DNA of 62,282 nucleotides, counting the filler. It is 6 parts of 6 records of this genome, joined end to end, with 100 filler letters (N's around TTAATTAATTAA, not from the genome) between each part and the next. Parts side by side here need not be neighbours in the genome. Positions count along the whole stretch, not along the records: positions 42,543 to 48,525 come from SRR31147125_44707; positions 48,626 to 54,175 come from SRR31147125_44713; 4 more parts are not named here. One strand, written 5' to 3'. Positions within the stretch are counted from its first letter, which is position 1, and each line of letters opens with the position of its first letter. Under the pieces are notes generated by a model. The model did no database searches. It saw only the letters and a list, made by a program, of their open reading frames with translations, and had not been told where the DNA came from. This document shows positions 42,545 through 51,999 of this stretch, piece by piece. The translations under genes and the position numbers were made by a program.

Positions 42545-45500
42545 TTTGTGCATGCCCAGGGCGGTGACGTGACTGGAACTGTAACCAGTTCTGAAGATGG
42601 TACGCCAATACCAGGCGTATCTGTAGTTGTAACAGGCACTAATATTGGCGTCGCTACAGACATTGATGGTAAATACACTCTAAGCTTACCTGAAGATGCG
42701 ACTTCGCTTACATTCAGTTCTATTGGTATGCGAACTCAAGTTGTCGAAATAGCTGGACAAAGTGTAATTAACGTAACGCTAAATCCGGATGTCGTAGGTC
42801 TGGAAGAAGTTGTTGTTGTAGCTTATGGTACAGCAACAAGGGAAACCTTTACAGGAGCAGCGGCAGTTGTTAATGCAGAAACTATTGAAAAAAGACAAGT
42901 TTCAAATATTTCTCAAGCATTAACAGGCGTAACGCCAGGTATTCAGGTGGCTAGTGATAATGGTCAACCCGGAACCTCAGCAAAAATCAGAATTAGAGGA
43001 GTTGGCTCGTTAAGTGCTTCAAGTGCACCTCTTTATGTTGTAGATGGTATGCCATACGGTGAAGATATATCTGCTATTAATCCACAGGATATAGAATCAA
43101 TAACAATACTTAAAGACGCTACTTCTGCAGCTTTGTATGGTGCGCGGGGTGCAAACGGTGTAATTCTTTTGAATACAAAAAGACCTCAAGTTGGAACGCT
43201 TAATGTTAACTTTGATATCCGGCATGGTATCAATCAACGTTCCGTTCCTGAATATGATATTATGACTGATCCTGCTATGTATTATGAAAAGTATTATGAA
43301 GGGATTTATAATAACCAATTAAATGGAGGCGCAACTGCAGAACAGGCAAATAATAATGCTAATACTATTTTGTTTGGTGATCAAGGATTGGAATATAATA
43401 TCTATACAGTGCCTGATGATGGCAATTTAATTGGGTCTAATGGTAAAATTGTTTCTGGAGCAACTCTTGGCCGGGTATGGGATGATGACTATTATTTAAT
43501 TAGTGATGATTGGTATGACGAATTATTCGGAGAAAACCAAAAAAGGCAAGAATATAATTTATCTGTGAGTGGAGGTAATGAGAGACAAACAACATTTCTC
43601 TCTTTGAATTACTTAAATGATGAAGGAATTATATCAAATTCCGGTTTTGAACGCTATTCAATGCGGTTAAAGTCTGACTATAAATTAAACAAATGGATAA
43701 AAGTAGGTGGAAATATTGCCTATTCAAGTTCTGAAAGTAAATATCCTGATGATCAGGAAGGGTTAAGTTCTAAAAATTTATTCTATGTTAGTAGAATTGT
43801 GGCTCCGATATATCCTTTATATGTAAGAGATGCTAATGGTAATATTATTGTCGATGAATTGGGGCATACACTTTATGATTATGGTACAGGAGAGTACCCC
43901 GGTTTAACTCGCCCTGTTATGTCTATTGCTAACCCTGCATCAGATTTAGCATTGGATGTACAACGGTTTAATTCGGATGTTTTGTTTTTGAAAGGTTTTG
44001 CCCAGTTTGATATTTTAGATAATTTAAAATTAGCCCTTAACGCTGGTTATGATGTTAAAAACGAGAAGTACCTGGATAAAGGTAATGCTTATTATGGGCA
44101 AACTGCTGATTTTGGCGGGAACATCTATAAAGAAAATAACCGATATGGAGCTATGACATTGCAACAATTATTAAACTATTCGATAGATATTAATAATAAC
44201 AACATTTCTATTTTGTTTGGCCATGAAACGTACGACAGACAATGGGATGAAGAGTATGGTATAAAATATAATCTATATGATCCGGAAAGTGAAGAATTAT
44301 CTTCAGCTATTCTTCGACAAGAAACAGGTTCTGAAAGTAATGCTTATTTTGTAGAGGGGTACTTCTCAAGCCTTGAATATAGCTATAGCGGAAAATATCT
44401 ATTCTCAGCAAGTTATAGAAGAGATGGTTCATCCAGATTTCATCCTGATAATCGTTGGGGAGATTTCTGGTCTTTGGGGGGATCGTGGTTAATCTATAAA
44501 GAATCTTTCATGAGCAGTCTTGACTGGATTGATTTTTTAAAGTTTAAAGTAAGTTACGGTTCACAAGGTAATGATGCATTACTTTATAATGTTGGTGCAA
44601 ACCCTGCACAAAATTATCAACCTTATCAGGATCAATTCGAGGTTAAGAATTCAAATGATGATTTTGCTATTGAGCTTACATATAAAGGAAATAAAGACAT
44701 AACCTGGGAAACAAGTTACAATTTCAATGCTGGATTTGAATTTACATTGCTCAAAGGTTTATTAGATGGTAATTTTGAGGTTTTCAACAGGAAAGTTGAA
44801 GATATGTTGTATTACATCCCTGTACCATCTTCAGCTGGTTACAGCGAATATCCTGATAACATTGGTTCTATGCAAAACAGAGGTCTTGACGTAAACCTTA
44901 CTGCGAATATAATCCGTTCTGCTAATTTAAAATGGTCCGTTAGTATTAACGGTACACACTACAAAAATGAAATTCTTTCACTACCCGAACAATTTTCTGA
45001 TCCAGAAGGATTCGTAAAAGGTAGAAGGATATATAAAGTAGGTGGTAGCATGTACGATTATTGGTATCCAATTTATATGGGGGTAAACACTGAGACAGGG
45101 GCTCCGCAGTGGCGTATTACAAATGATGATGGAACATATGGAACAACAGAGGATTATGCGACAGCCTCATTAAAAGAAAATAGTGGGAGCCCAGGAACTT
45201 CCTTGCCTGATATTGCAGGTGGATTTGGTACCATTGTGGAGGCGCATGGAGTGGATTTATCTGTGTCATTTAGTTATGGTATTGGAGGGTTAACATATGA
45301 CTATATCTACCAACAAATGATGCATGGAGGACAAGCAAGTGAAGCAGGGACTAACTGGCATAAGGATATCCTTAATTCCTGGACTCCTGATAATACCAAT
45401 ACTGATGTGCCAGCGGTTGATTATGGACATCCAGATATTGGAAGGGCATCCAGTCGCTTCTTGGTTGATTCTGATTACATAAGCATTAATAACATTACAT

Positions 45501-45694
45501 TAGGATATACAATTCCACAAAATATCTTATCGAAAATCAACATTAAGACGGTTAGGATATATGGAGCAGCTGATAATGTAGCTTTGTTCTCGAAAAGAAA
45601 AGGTCTTGATCCACGTCAAAATTTCAGTGGAACTACTGATTTTATTTATTCACCAATTCGAACAATGTCTATTGGAGCGAAAATTAGTTTTTAA
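42545..45694 (+). CDS. susC: SusC/RagA family TonB-dependent outer membrane receptor, 5'-partial
   Basis: LEEVVVVAYG, IRIRG, PLYVVDG, DIESITILKDA..AALYGARGANGVIL, RRDGSSRF, C-terminal F. Confidence 0.96.
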   Translation, partial: FVHAQGGDVTGTVTSSEDGTPIPGVSVVVTGTNIGVATDIDGKYTLSLPEDATSLTFSSIGMRTQVVEIAGQSVINVTLNPDVVGLEEVVVVAYGTATRETFTGAAAVVNAETIEKRQVSNISQALTGVTPGIQVASDNGQPGTSAKIRIRGVGSLSASSAPLYVVDGMPYGEDISAINPQDIESITILKDATSAALYGARGANGVILLNTKRPQVGTLNVNFDIRHGINQRSVPEYDIMTDPAMYYEKYYEGIYNNQLNGGATAEQANNNANTILFGDQGLEYNIYTVPDDGNLIGSNGKIVSGATLGRVWDDDYYLISDDWYDELFGENQKRQEYNLSVSGGNERQTTFLSLNYLNDEGIISNSGFERYSMRLKSDYKLNKWIKVGGNIAYSSSESKYPDDQEGLSSKNLFYVSRIVAPIYPLYVRDANGNIIVDELGHTLYDYGTGEYPGLTRPVMSIANPASDLALDVQRFNSDVLFLKGFAQFDILDNLKLALNAGYDVKNEKYLDKGNAYYGQTADFGGNIYKENNRYGAMTLQQLLNYSIDINNNNISILFGHETYDRQWDEEYGIKYNLYDPESEELSSAILRQETGSESNAYFVEGYFSSLEYSYSGKYLFSASYRRDGSSRFHPDNRWGDFWSLGGSWLIYKESFMSSLDWIDFLKFKVSYGSQGNDALLYNVGANPAQNYQPYQDQFEVKNSNDDFAIELTYKGNKDITWETSYNFNAGFEFTLLKGLLDGNFEVFNRKVEDMLYYIPVPSSAGYSEYPDNIGSMQNRGLDVNLTANIIRSANLKWSVSINGTHYKNEILSLPEQFSDPEGFVKGRRIYKVGGSMYDYWYPIYMGVNTETGAPQWRITNDDGTYGTTEDYATASLKENSGSPGTSLPDIAGGFGTIVEAHGVDLSVSFSYGIGGLTYDYIYQQMMHGGQASEAGTNWHKDILNSWTPDNTNTDVPAVDYGHPDIGRASSRFLVDSDYISINNITLGYTIPQNILSKINIKTVRIYGAADNVALFSKRKGLDPRQNFSGTTDFIYSPIRTMSIGAKISF

Positions 45695-45711
45695 ACGTAA
45701 AGAATATTAAC

Positions 45712-47490
45712 ATGAAAAAGATAACATATATAATAATCCTGGCAATTTGTTCCACATTTTTTGGGTGTGAGGATAGATTAGATGTAAATCCAGATGGAGA
45801 TACTCTAACTGAAGATCAGGTAAAAGAGATAATTAACAAAGATGCAAAGAAATTACAGTCTGAAATAAATGGTTTGTATTCTATAATGAAAGCATTTCCC
45901 GCAGCAACCGGTGATGATGACAATCAAGATGATTTCGGGATACCTGCTATTTATACCAGGTTAGATCACAATGGACAGGATTTAGTGGGTGATGTTACCG
46001 GCTATAACTGGTTTAGTGGAGAACAAGATTTAACCAATCGAAATTTTACATACCGTTCTCCCCGAGCAGTTTGGAATCAATTTTACAAACAAATAAGAAC
46101 AGCAAATTCAATTATTGGTAAAATTGACAGAGAAACCTCTGATCCTGTAGGTAAAAGTTACCTGGGGCAAGCATTGGCTGTTCGCGCTTACGATTATTTT
46201 AATTTGGTACAATTGTTCCAGTTTACTTATATAGGAAATGAGGATAAACCAGCGATTCCTATTGTTACAGAGGTAACTACTGCTGCTGAGCTTGTTAATA
46301 ATCCCCGTAAAACAGTTCAGGAAGTTTATACACTTATCACACAAGACCTAGATGATGCTATTGCTTATCTCACTGGAGATGACATCCAAGAACGACCTGA
46401 TGTGTCAGCAGTAAACCTTGCGGTTGCTTATGGTATTCGTGCGCGTGTTAACCTTGTTATGCAAAACTGGAGTGAAGCAGCCTCAGATGCAGATATGGCT
46501 CTTCAACTCAGTGGAGAATTACCAATGTCGATGCAAGCTGTATCGGTTCCAACATTTGATGATGTAACCGAACCTGGTATTATATGGGGGGCTATTATTA
46601 CTACAAATGATGGGGCTACTACTTCAGGTATATGTAATTTTACCTCAATGTGTACCAATCTTTGCTTTGGATATGGTGGTTATACTACGATTGTAGGAAC
46701 CTGGAAAAAGATTAGTAAGTTGCTTTACGATGAGATACCCGAAACGGATGTCCGTAAAGGTTGGTTCCTTGATGAAAACTATGAAGCTTCAGCATTAACA
46801 GCATATGAAGAAAGCGGAGAAGCTGCAGCAGCATTTCTTGAGTGGATGGAAGAACCATTTACTGATACTTCTGGCTTTGGCCCAACATATTGGAGCGGTT
46901 TTGGTTTAGAACCTTATACAAGTGTTAAATTTGCCCCAACCAACAAGGAACTTACTTATCCGGAAAACTCAAATGATTTCCCATTGATGCGTGCATCAGA
47001 AATGTATTTAATAAAAGCGGAAGCTACTGCAATGGGTGGAAATCTTGCCGGAGGTAAAACAATTCTTGAAGAGTGGGCACAAACATATCGAGATCCTGAT
47101 TTTGTAAGTGAAGCTGCTTCACCTTCAGAATTACAGGATGAAGTCTGGTTACACCGTCGTATCGAATTTTGGGGAGAAGGTATGTCTTGGTTTGATTTAA
47201 TGCGTCTTGAAAAACCAATTGTTCGTTACAAAGAGGATGGTGGCCAGATAATTACAAATTATGGTGCACTAGCTATCTTTAATGTGCCAGCGGATGCACC
47301 TTATCGTTTATGGCCTATTCCTCAACCAGAAATACAGGCTAATGATGGAATTTCAAGTGGTGATAATAATATTATGGGTGACTTGCCTGAAAGTTTGCCC
47401 CTTCCTGAATCAAGAGTTGGCCATATGCTTATTCAAAAATTATCGCCTAACAACATAGGTGCTGGATTTAAAAAAACAATAAGGTATTAA
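45712..47490 (+). CDS. susD: SusD/RagB family nutrient-binding lipoprotein
   Basis: Lipobox FFGC; RAYDYFNLVQLF, MRASEMYLIKAEA, RRIEFWGEG..WFDLMR, WPIPQPEI. Confidence 0.95.
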   Translation: MKKITYIIILAICSTFFGCEDRLDVNPDGDTLTEDQVKEIINKDAKKLQSEINGLYSIMKAFPAATGDDDNQDDFGIPAIYTRLDHNGQDLVGDVTGYNWFSGEQDLTNRNFTYRSPRAVWNQFYKQIRTANSIIGKIDRETSDPVGKSYLGQALAVRAYDYFNLVQLFQFTYIGNEDKPAIPIVTEVTTAAELVNNPRKTVQEVYTLITQDLDDAIAYLTGDDIQERPDVSAVNLAVAYGIRARVNLVMQNWSEAASDADMALQLSGELPMSMQAVSVPTFDDVTEPGIIWGAIITTNDGATTSGICNFTSMCTNLCFGYGGYTTIVGTWKKISKLLYDEIPETDVRKGWFLDENYEASALTAYEESGEAAAAFLEWMEEPFTDTSGFGPTYWSGFGLEPYTSVKFAPTNKELTYPENSNDFPLMRASEMYLIKAEATAMGGNLAGGKTILEEWAQTYRDPDFVSEAASPSELQDEVWLHRRIEFWGEGMSWFDLMRLEKPIVRYKEDGGQIITNYGALAIFNVPADAPYRLWPIPQPEIQANDGISSGDNNIMGDLPESLPLPESRVGHMLIQKLSPNNIGAGFKKTIRY

Positions 47491-47516
47491 GTATATAAAT
47501 AACCGAATAATTTGAA

Positions 47517-47558
47517 TGAAGGGGTAATACAATTAATTATATTGCAACTACCCCTTCA
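47517..47558. terminator. Hairpin between convergent genes, probable intrinsic terminator
   Basis: TGAAGGGGTA...TACCCCTTCA perfect 10-bp stem 27 nt after the susD stop. Confidence 0.65.
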
Positions 47559-47605
47559 CTTATTCTGACTGGTATTATATTTTTATCTTCAACCTCCCAC
47601 TTAAG

Positions 47606-47815
47606 AACTTTATCATTGCAACTTTGAAGTACCCTATTGATGTTTTTAACACGAACGTTGTGGGTTTGAAGTACCCATGTTATGTTATTAACTGCAACAT
47701 TCAAGTTCGGAACTCGAACGTTGAAGCTTTGAAGTGGGGGAGGGTACTTCTTAAGTGGGTAGGGGTACCTCTGAAGTGCCCCCTATAAAGATTTAACTTG
47801 CTTTTTTTGAGTCTT
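47606..47815. repeat. Degenerate array of ~10 phased 21-bp units
   Basis: AA(C/G) starts at 47606, 47627, 47648, 47669, 47690, 47711, 47732, 47753, 47774, 47795; T at unit positions 4, 18 and 20 in 9 of 10 units each. Confidence 0.85.
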
Positions 47816-48252
47816 TATTCGAAATGTTTTGACAAGTCAGCAACAATAGCATCTGTCCCCGGTACTCCCATTTTTGAAGCGTTTTTAGCTGCATTGTAGA
47901 TACTAAGGGCGGCTACATAACTGTCACTGCCGGCGGCAACCAAAGTGTCGTCCAGCATTTCGTTGAGCCTGTTCACTTCCCGGGCAATGCTCTTTAACTG
48001 GTTAAATAGAGCCAGGTCTTTTTCAACCTCAGCTAAATCAATATAAGGAGGCATTATTTTAGGCTCACTTTTACCATAATTGATAGCTTTTTCAACAAAC
48101 GGTCTTCGTGAATCATCAATCTTTGGAAGACTTTGACGTTGTGAGGGTTCGAGATTGATTAAAAACGGGAGGCTTACTTTTGCTGTGTTAATTGCGCTTA
48201 AAACTTGTTCCTGTACTTCGTTTGTAATACTTTCTGAAATTAAATTTGACAT
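47815..48252 (-). CDS. Conserved-looking all-helical hypothetical protein
   Basis: 145 aa; LPFLINL...RQSLPK...PFVEKA...DDTLVAAGSDSY..AL..Y..AK...GVPG pattern I recognise from uncharacterised Bacteroidota proteins. Confidence 0.8.
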   Translation of the reverse strand: MSNLISESITNEVQEQVLSAINTAKVSLPFLINLEPSQRQSLPKIDDSRRPFVEKAINYGKSEPKIMPPYIDLAEVEKDLALFNQLKSIAREVNRLNEMLDDTLVAAGSDSYVAALSIYNAAKNASKMGVPGTDAIVADLSKHFE

Positions 48253-48525
48253 GATAAATGTTTTAGTTGTTTATAATGAATATACAAACTCAATAGAATG
48301 GTATTTATTGTGTTGTATTTGTTGAAATACCGTGTTTATTAAGAAAAAATAACCAAATTCAGAGAATGGCAGGGGAGCAAATCCAAACACCAGAAAGGTG
48401 CAACTAGAAACATTCTTCCTGATTTCATTAGATAACAGAGAGAAGCAATTAATTGCAGAAAAGTAAAAAAAACGTTCTAGCTCACCGGAACAACTACAAT
48501 ATATTGCTCTGGATCTTCTTTTTTT

Positions 48526-48625
48526 NNNNNNNNNNNNNNNNNNNNNNNNNNNNNNNNNNNNNNNNNNNNTTAATTAATTAANNNNNNNNNNNNNNNNNNN
48601 NNNNNNNNNNNNNNNNNNNNNNNNN
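48526..48625. other. Artificial contig linker
   Basis: N44-TTAATTAATTAA-N44. Confidence 0.99.
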
Positions 48626-48778
48626 TTTATGTTCAATATGATTATATAAAGACATAGCTTGCACGTTTAAAGCTTTTGATAGTTTTCTCATCGATAAATC
48701 TTCTAAGCTATGTTGATCTGCATATTCAAATGCTTTTTGTATAATCATATCTTTTGATAGTTTCTTTACTATACTCAT
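48626..48778 (-). CDS. TetR/AcrR family regulator, 3'-partial
   Basis: LSMRKLSKALNVQAMSLYNH HTH; SD AAGGAG at 48787-48792. Confidence 0.9.
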
Positions 48779-48792
48779 TTAGTCATCTCCTT

Positions 48793-48835
48793 TACTTACG
48801 GTGTATATTTTATACTTACACTGTAAGTATGTCAA
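48793..48835 (-). promoter_or_regulatory. Sigma70 promoter with overlapping palindromic TetR-type operator(s)
   Basis: TTGACA (48830-48835), 17-nt spacer, TAAAAT (48807-48812); palindrome ATACTTACA-C-TGTAAGTAT 48812-48830; second imperfect copy 48793-48805. Confidence 0.85.
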
Positions 48836-48879
48836 GCGTAATGATTATAATACATAAATTACATGAGATCATATCCATT

Positions 48880-48912
48880 AAAAAAACTCATTTCACAATT
48901 GAAATGAGTTTT
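48880..48912 (-). terminator. Rho-independent terminator of the ABC transporter gene
   Basis: AAAACTCATTTCA-caat-TGAAATGAGTTTT; ends in a T7 run on the minus strand. Confidence 0.8.
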
Positions 48913-49030
48913 CGTTTATTCGTGAATTTATGCAGCAATTGCTAAAATATCGTCATCAAAACATTCTGTTTTTTTATGTGACGTTATAAACCCTAAATAC
49001 CTTTAATTTTAGTTCCCATCAAATAAATGA

Positions 49031-51673
49031 TTACTTTTTAGATTGCTTAATAATATCTACGGGTCTTAATTGAAGTAGTTTTCTTAAAGGAAAAACTGCA
49101 GATATGACTGGTAATATCAGCGAAACTAACAACACAACAACGATACTTAAACCATTGAAACTATAAATATGCAAATCAACATACATATCCTTTGTCATCA
49201 CTGTATTTAAACCAAATATCGCGACAACGGATAAAATCATCGATACCACAAATGATATCATACTCATCATAAGCGCTTCAACGATGAATATTTTACTGAT
49301 ATCTTTTTTACTCACGCCTAATGCACTAAAAATACCAACATCTTTAATACTAAGTGATATTCTATTTGTCATATTTAATTGATAAATTAAAAAAGTTAAA
49401 ATGAAAGCTAGAAAAGATGCATATAAAAAGACTTTACTAAAAATTTCAGTTGCTTCACTTAAATGTCTAATACCATCATTGTAAATATCTACCGCTTCAT
49501 AAGTATAAATTAACGATGAATCACTTGGTATTTTTCTCATATCAAATAGCGTATTTATCTGATCATCATCTGTATTTATCATATAAATATGTCTAACCAT
49601 TGGATTACTAAATTTACTTAATGTCTCAAATAAATCATCTGATACATAAAATTCATAATCCATAATCACATGATATATACCACCTACTTGAAACGTTTCT
49701 TGATACTGATTAATATCATCTGTATAACTTATGGTGATATGCATATCTTCTTGTTCTAAATACGATGACAGGATTTCTTGCTCTGCTTTTTTATCAAATA
49801 CTTCTCTATGATTTATGGGATCATATAAGTTTTCATCATTAGTTAAAATATAATTAATGTAATCATTAACATCAAAACCATCAGGAATACTATCTTGTAA
49901 ACGATCAAAGTTTTGATTTGCATATGTGGAAACTAATGCGATCAAACGTTCTTCAATGTCATCAGATAATGTTGTTTTTATTGAAATATCTAAGCGATCA
50001 AATGGTATCACGACATATGCATCATCTAAATAATTTCGATACACGATATCATCACGTTCATCTAGTAATATATTTATTCTTCTTTCACTCATACCTACCA
50101 ATGGTTGGTCATAGCTTATCCATTTTCCTTCTTGTAGAGACATTTCATATGTTTGACTATCCAATATTTCTTCTTGGTAAAAATCTTTATAAACAAAAAA
50201 AGATAAATGTATATCATTATTTAAAGAGGTATTCAGCAAAGTATGCAAATTCCCCATTTCCTCTGTTAATGGCCCGTCTTGTTCAATTGATTGAAGAGGT
50301 GCAAACAATGTAGAATCAAACTTCGTATCCACAATGCCTGTTATCTTAAATGTCTCTTGATCAATTGAAAATGTCTGATCAATTAAATCCTCGTAACTAT
50401 GTATATCTTCTGATATTGTAGATATACCATATTTTACGCATATATCTGCAACATATGAAGATATCATGATTTCTGTAAACTCGTCATTTTGATGTGGTAT
50501 ATCTCCATTGATCACATCTAATTGATAGATGTTTAATAAATCGCTTGATATAGGGATATACCCTTCTATAATAAAATTGTCATAATAACTATTAAACACA
50601 TTCTCATTTGATTTTATTGTATATAAGTTATGTATGTATCCATCAATCTTATACATAACTTCTTGTTGGTATTTTGATGCTAAAAATGCAAGATCATCAT
50701 CATTAAAATTTAAATCATAACTATAAACATCCCCAATTGAATCTGTTAAGAACACATCTTTTTCTATAGGGAAATAGACAATCTGATTTTTATCTATTGT
50801 ATGTAGGTATGCCTCATCTTCATCATAGCGTGATGATACAATTGATATTGAAAAAAACAATAAAGTAACCATCGTTAAAATCATCGTCCAAATGCTTCTT
50901 GATAAACGAATATTAATATTTGTTCTCACCATTTTCAATATATGGAAAAATCTTAGTTTTTGATTTCTATTTTGAAGTATCTCTACATTAACTTTATCTA
51001 ATGTACTTAAAAGTTTATCTTCAACAACCACACCATCTTTAAGCCTAATGATTCTATTTGCATATAATTTTGCAAGTGACTCATCATGTGTCACCATAAT
51101 AATCTTAGAATGATTGCTATAAGTTTTTAAAAACTTCATTAATATATGACTGGTAGTTTCATCTAGTGCTCCAGTTGGTTCATCTGCTAAAATATATGAC
51201 GGTTTCTTAACAACTGTTCTAATTAATGCAACTCTTTGTCTTTGACCTATAGATAATTCTTTAGGAAATCTATGTTTAAGATGACTCACCTCTAGTGTTG
51301 TCATCATTTGATCAATTAATGCATCATCTACATTTAAATCAATAAGTTGTAATGAAAATATTATATTTTCATACACTGTCATTGATTCAATCAAATGATC
51401 ACTTTGGAATAAATATCCGATATGATTTGCTCTAAGTTTTGCCAATTCTTGATCACTTAAGTCTTGTATACGAGCACCTAATATCTCAATAGTACCCTCA
51501 TCAAAATCATCAAACCCTCCGATACAATTTAAAAATGTGGATTTTCCACATCCCGATGGACCTAATATTGCATATAAACCTGGATGACTAAAATCTAGAT
51601 TGATATCTTTGAGTGCGTGAACAACTTCGCCATTTAATGCATAATATTTTTTATTTAAATCGCATATTTTCAT
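49031..51673 (-). CDS. Fused ABC transporter ATP-binding protein/FtsX-type permease (MacB-like)
   Basis: GPSGCGKST, LSIGQRQRVA, LADEPTGALD, VTHD; C-terminal KDVGIFSALG and TM helices. Confidence 0.9.
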   Translation of the reverse strand: MKICDLNKKYYALNGEVVHALKDINLDFSHPGLYAILGPSGCGKSTFLNCIGGFDDFDEGTIEILGARIQDLSDQELAKLRANHIGYLFQSDHLIESMTVYENIIFSLQLIDLNVDDALIDQMMTTLEVSHLKHRFPKELSIGQRQRVALIRTVVKKPSYILADEPTGALDETTSHILMKFLKTYSNHSKIIMVTHDESLAKLYANRIIRLKDGVVVEDKLLSTLDKVNVEILQNRNQKLRFFHILKMVRTNINIRLSRSIWTMILTMVTLLFFSISIVSSRYDEDEAYLHTIDKNQIVYFPIEKDVFLTDSIGDVYSYDLNFNDDDLAFLASKYQQEVMYKIDGYIHNLYTIKSNENVFNSYYDNFIIEGYIPISSDLLNIYQLDVINGDIPHQNDEFTEIMISSYVADICVKYGISTISEDIHSYEDLIDQTFSIDQETFKITGIVDTKFDSTLFAPLQSIEQDGPLTEEMGNLHTLLNTSLNNDIHLSFFVYKDFYQEEILDSQTYEMSLQEGKWISYDQPLVGMSERRINILLDERDDIVYRNYLDDAYVVIPFDRLDISIKTTLSDDIEERLIALVSTYANQNFDRLQDSIPDGFDVNDYINYILTNDENLYDPINHREVFDKKAEQEILSSYLEQEDMHITISYTDDINQYQETFQVGGIYHVIMDYEFYVSDDLFETLSKFSNPMVRHIYMINTDDDQINTLFDMRKIPSDSSLIYTYEAVDIYNDGIRHLSEATEIFSKVFLYASFLAFILTFLIYQLNMTNRISLSIKDVGIFSALGVSKKDISKIFIVEALMMSMISFVVSMILSVVAIFGLNTVMTKDMYVDLHIYSFNGLSIVVVLLVSLILPVISAVFPLRKLLQLRPVDIIKQSKK

Positions 51674-51999
51674 ATATAATCCCCCATAGAATTAATTGTT
51701 TTATTAATACTATTTTACTATAAGTAAAGTCTATACTCAAACGCTTTTCACGCTTAAAAACGTGGATGACTAAATCATTATTGTTTTATCACGTTCCTTC
51801 TTGAGGGAAACATTTCTACATTTTCTTTCCTTGAATTTGATATATCATAGTGATTACCCTTTTGGCATAATCTATTTTAGATATATTTGTATCTCATAGT
51901 AGATCACATTTTTCTCAACGACTAACTGATTAGACTGATATAGACATCTTGATTTCACGTGTTGTTTGGGTGACACTTAATCAATTTTATATACTATTT

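Noticed and set aside
47380-47490. C-terminal extension of SusD
   Set aside because: Short and without recognisable motif; within plausible family variation.
47606-47815. CRISPR array
   Set aside because: No identical repeat of CRISPR length, the period is only 21 nt, and there are no cas genes.
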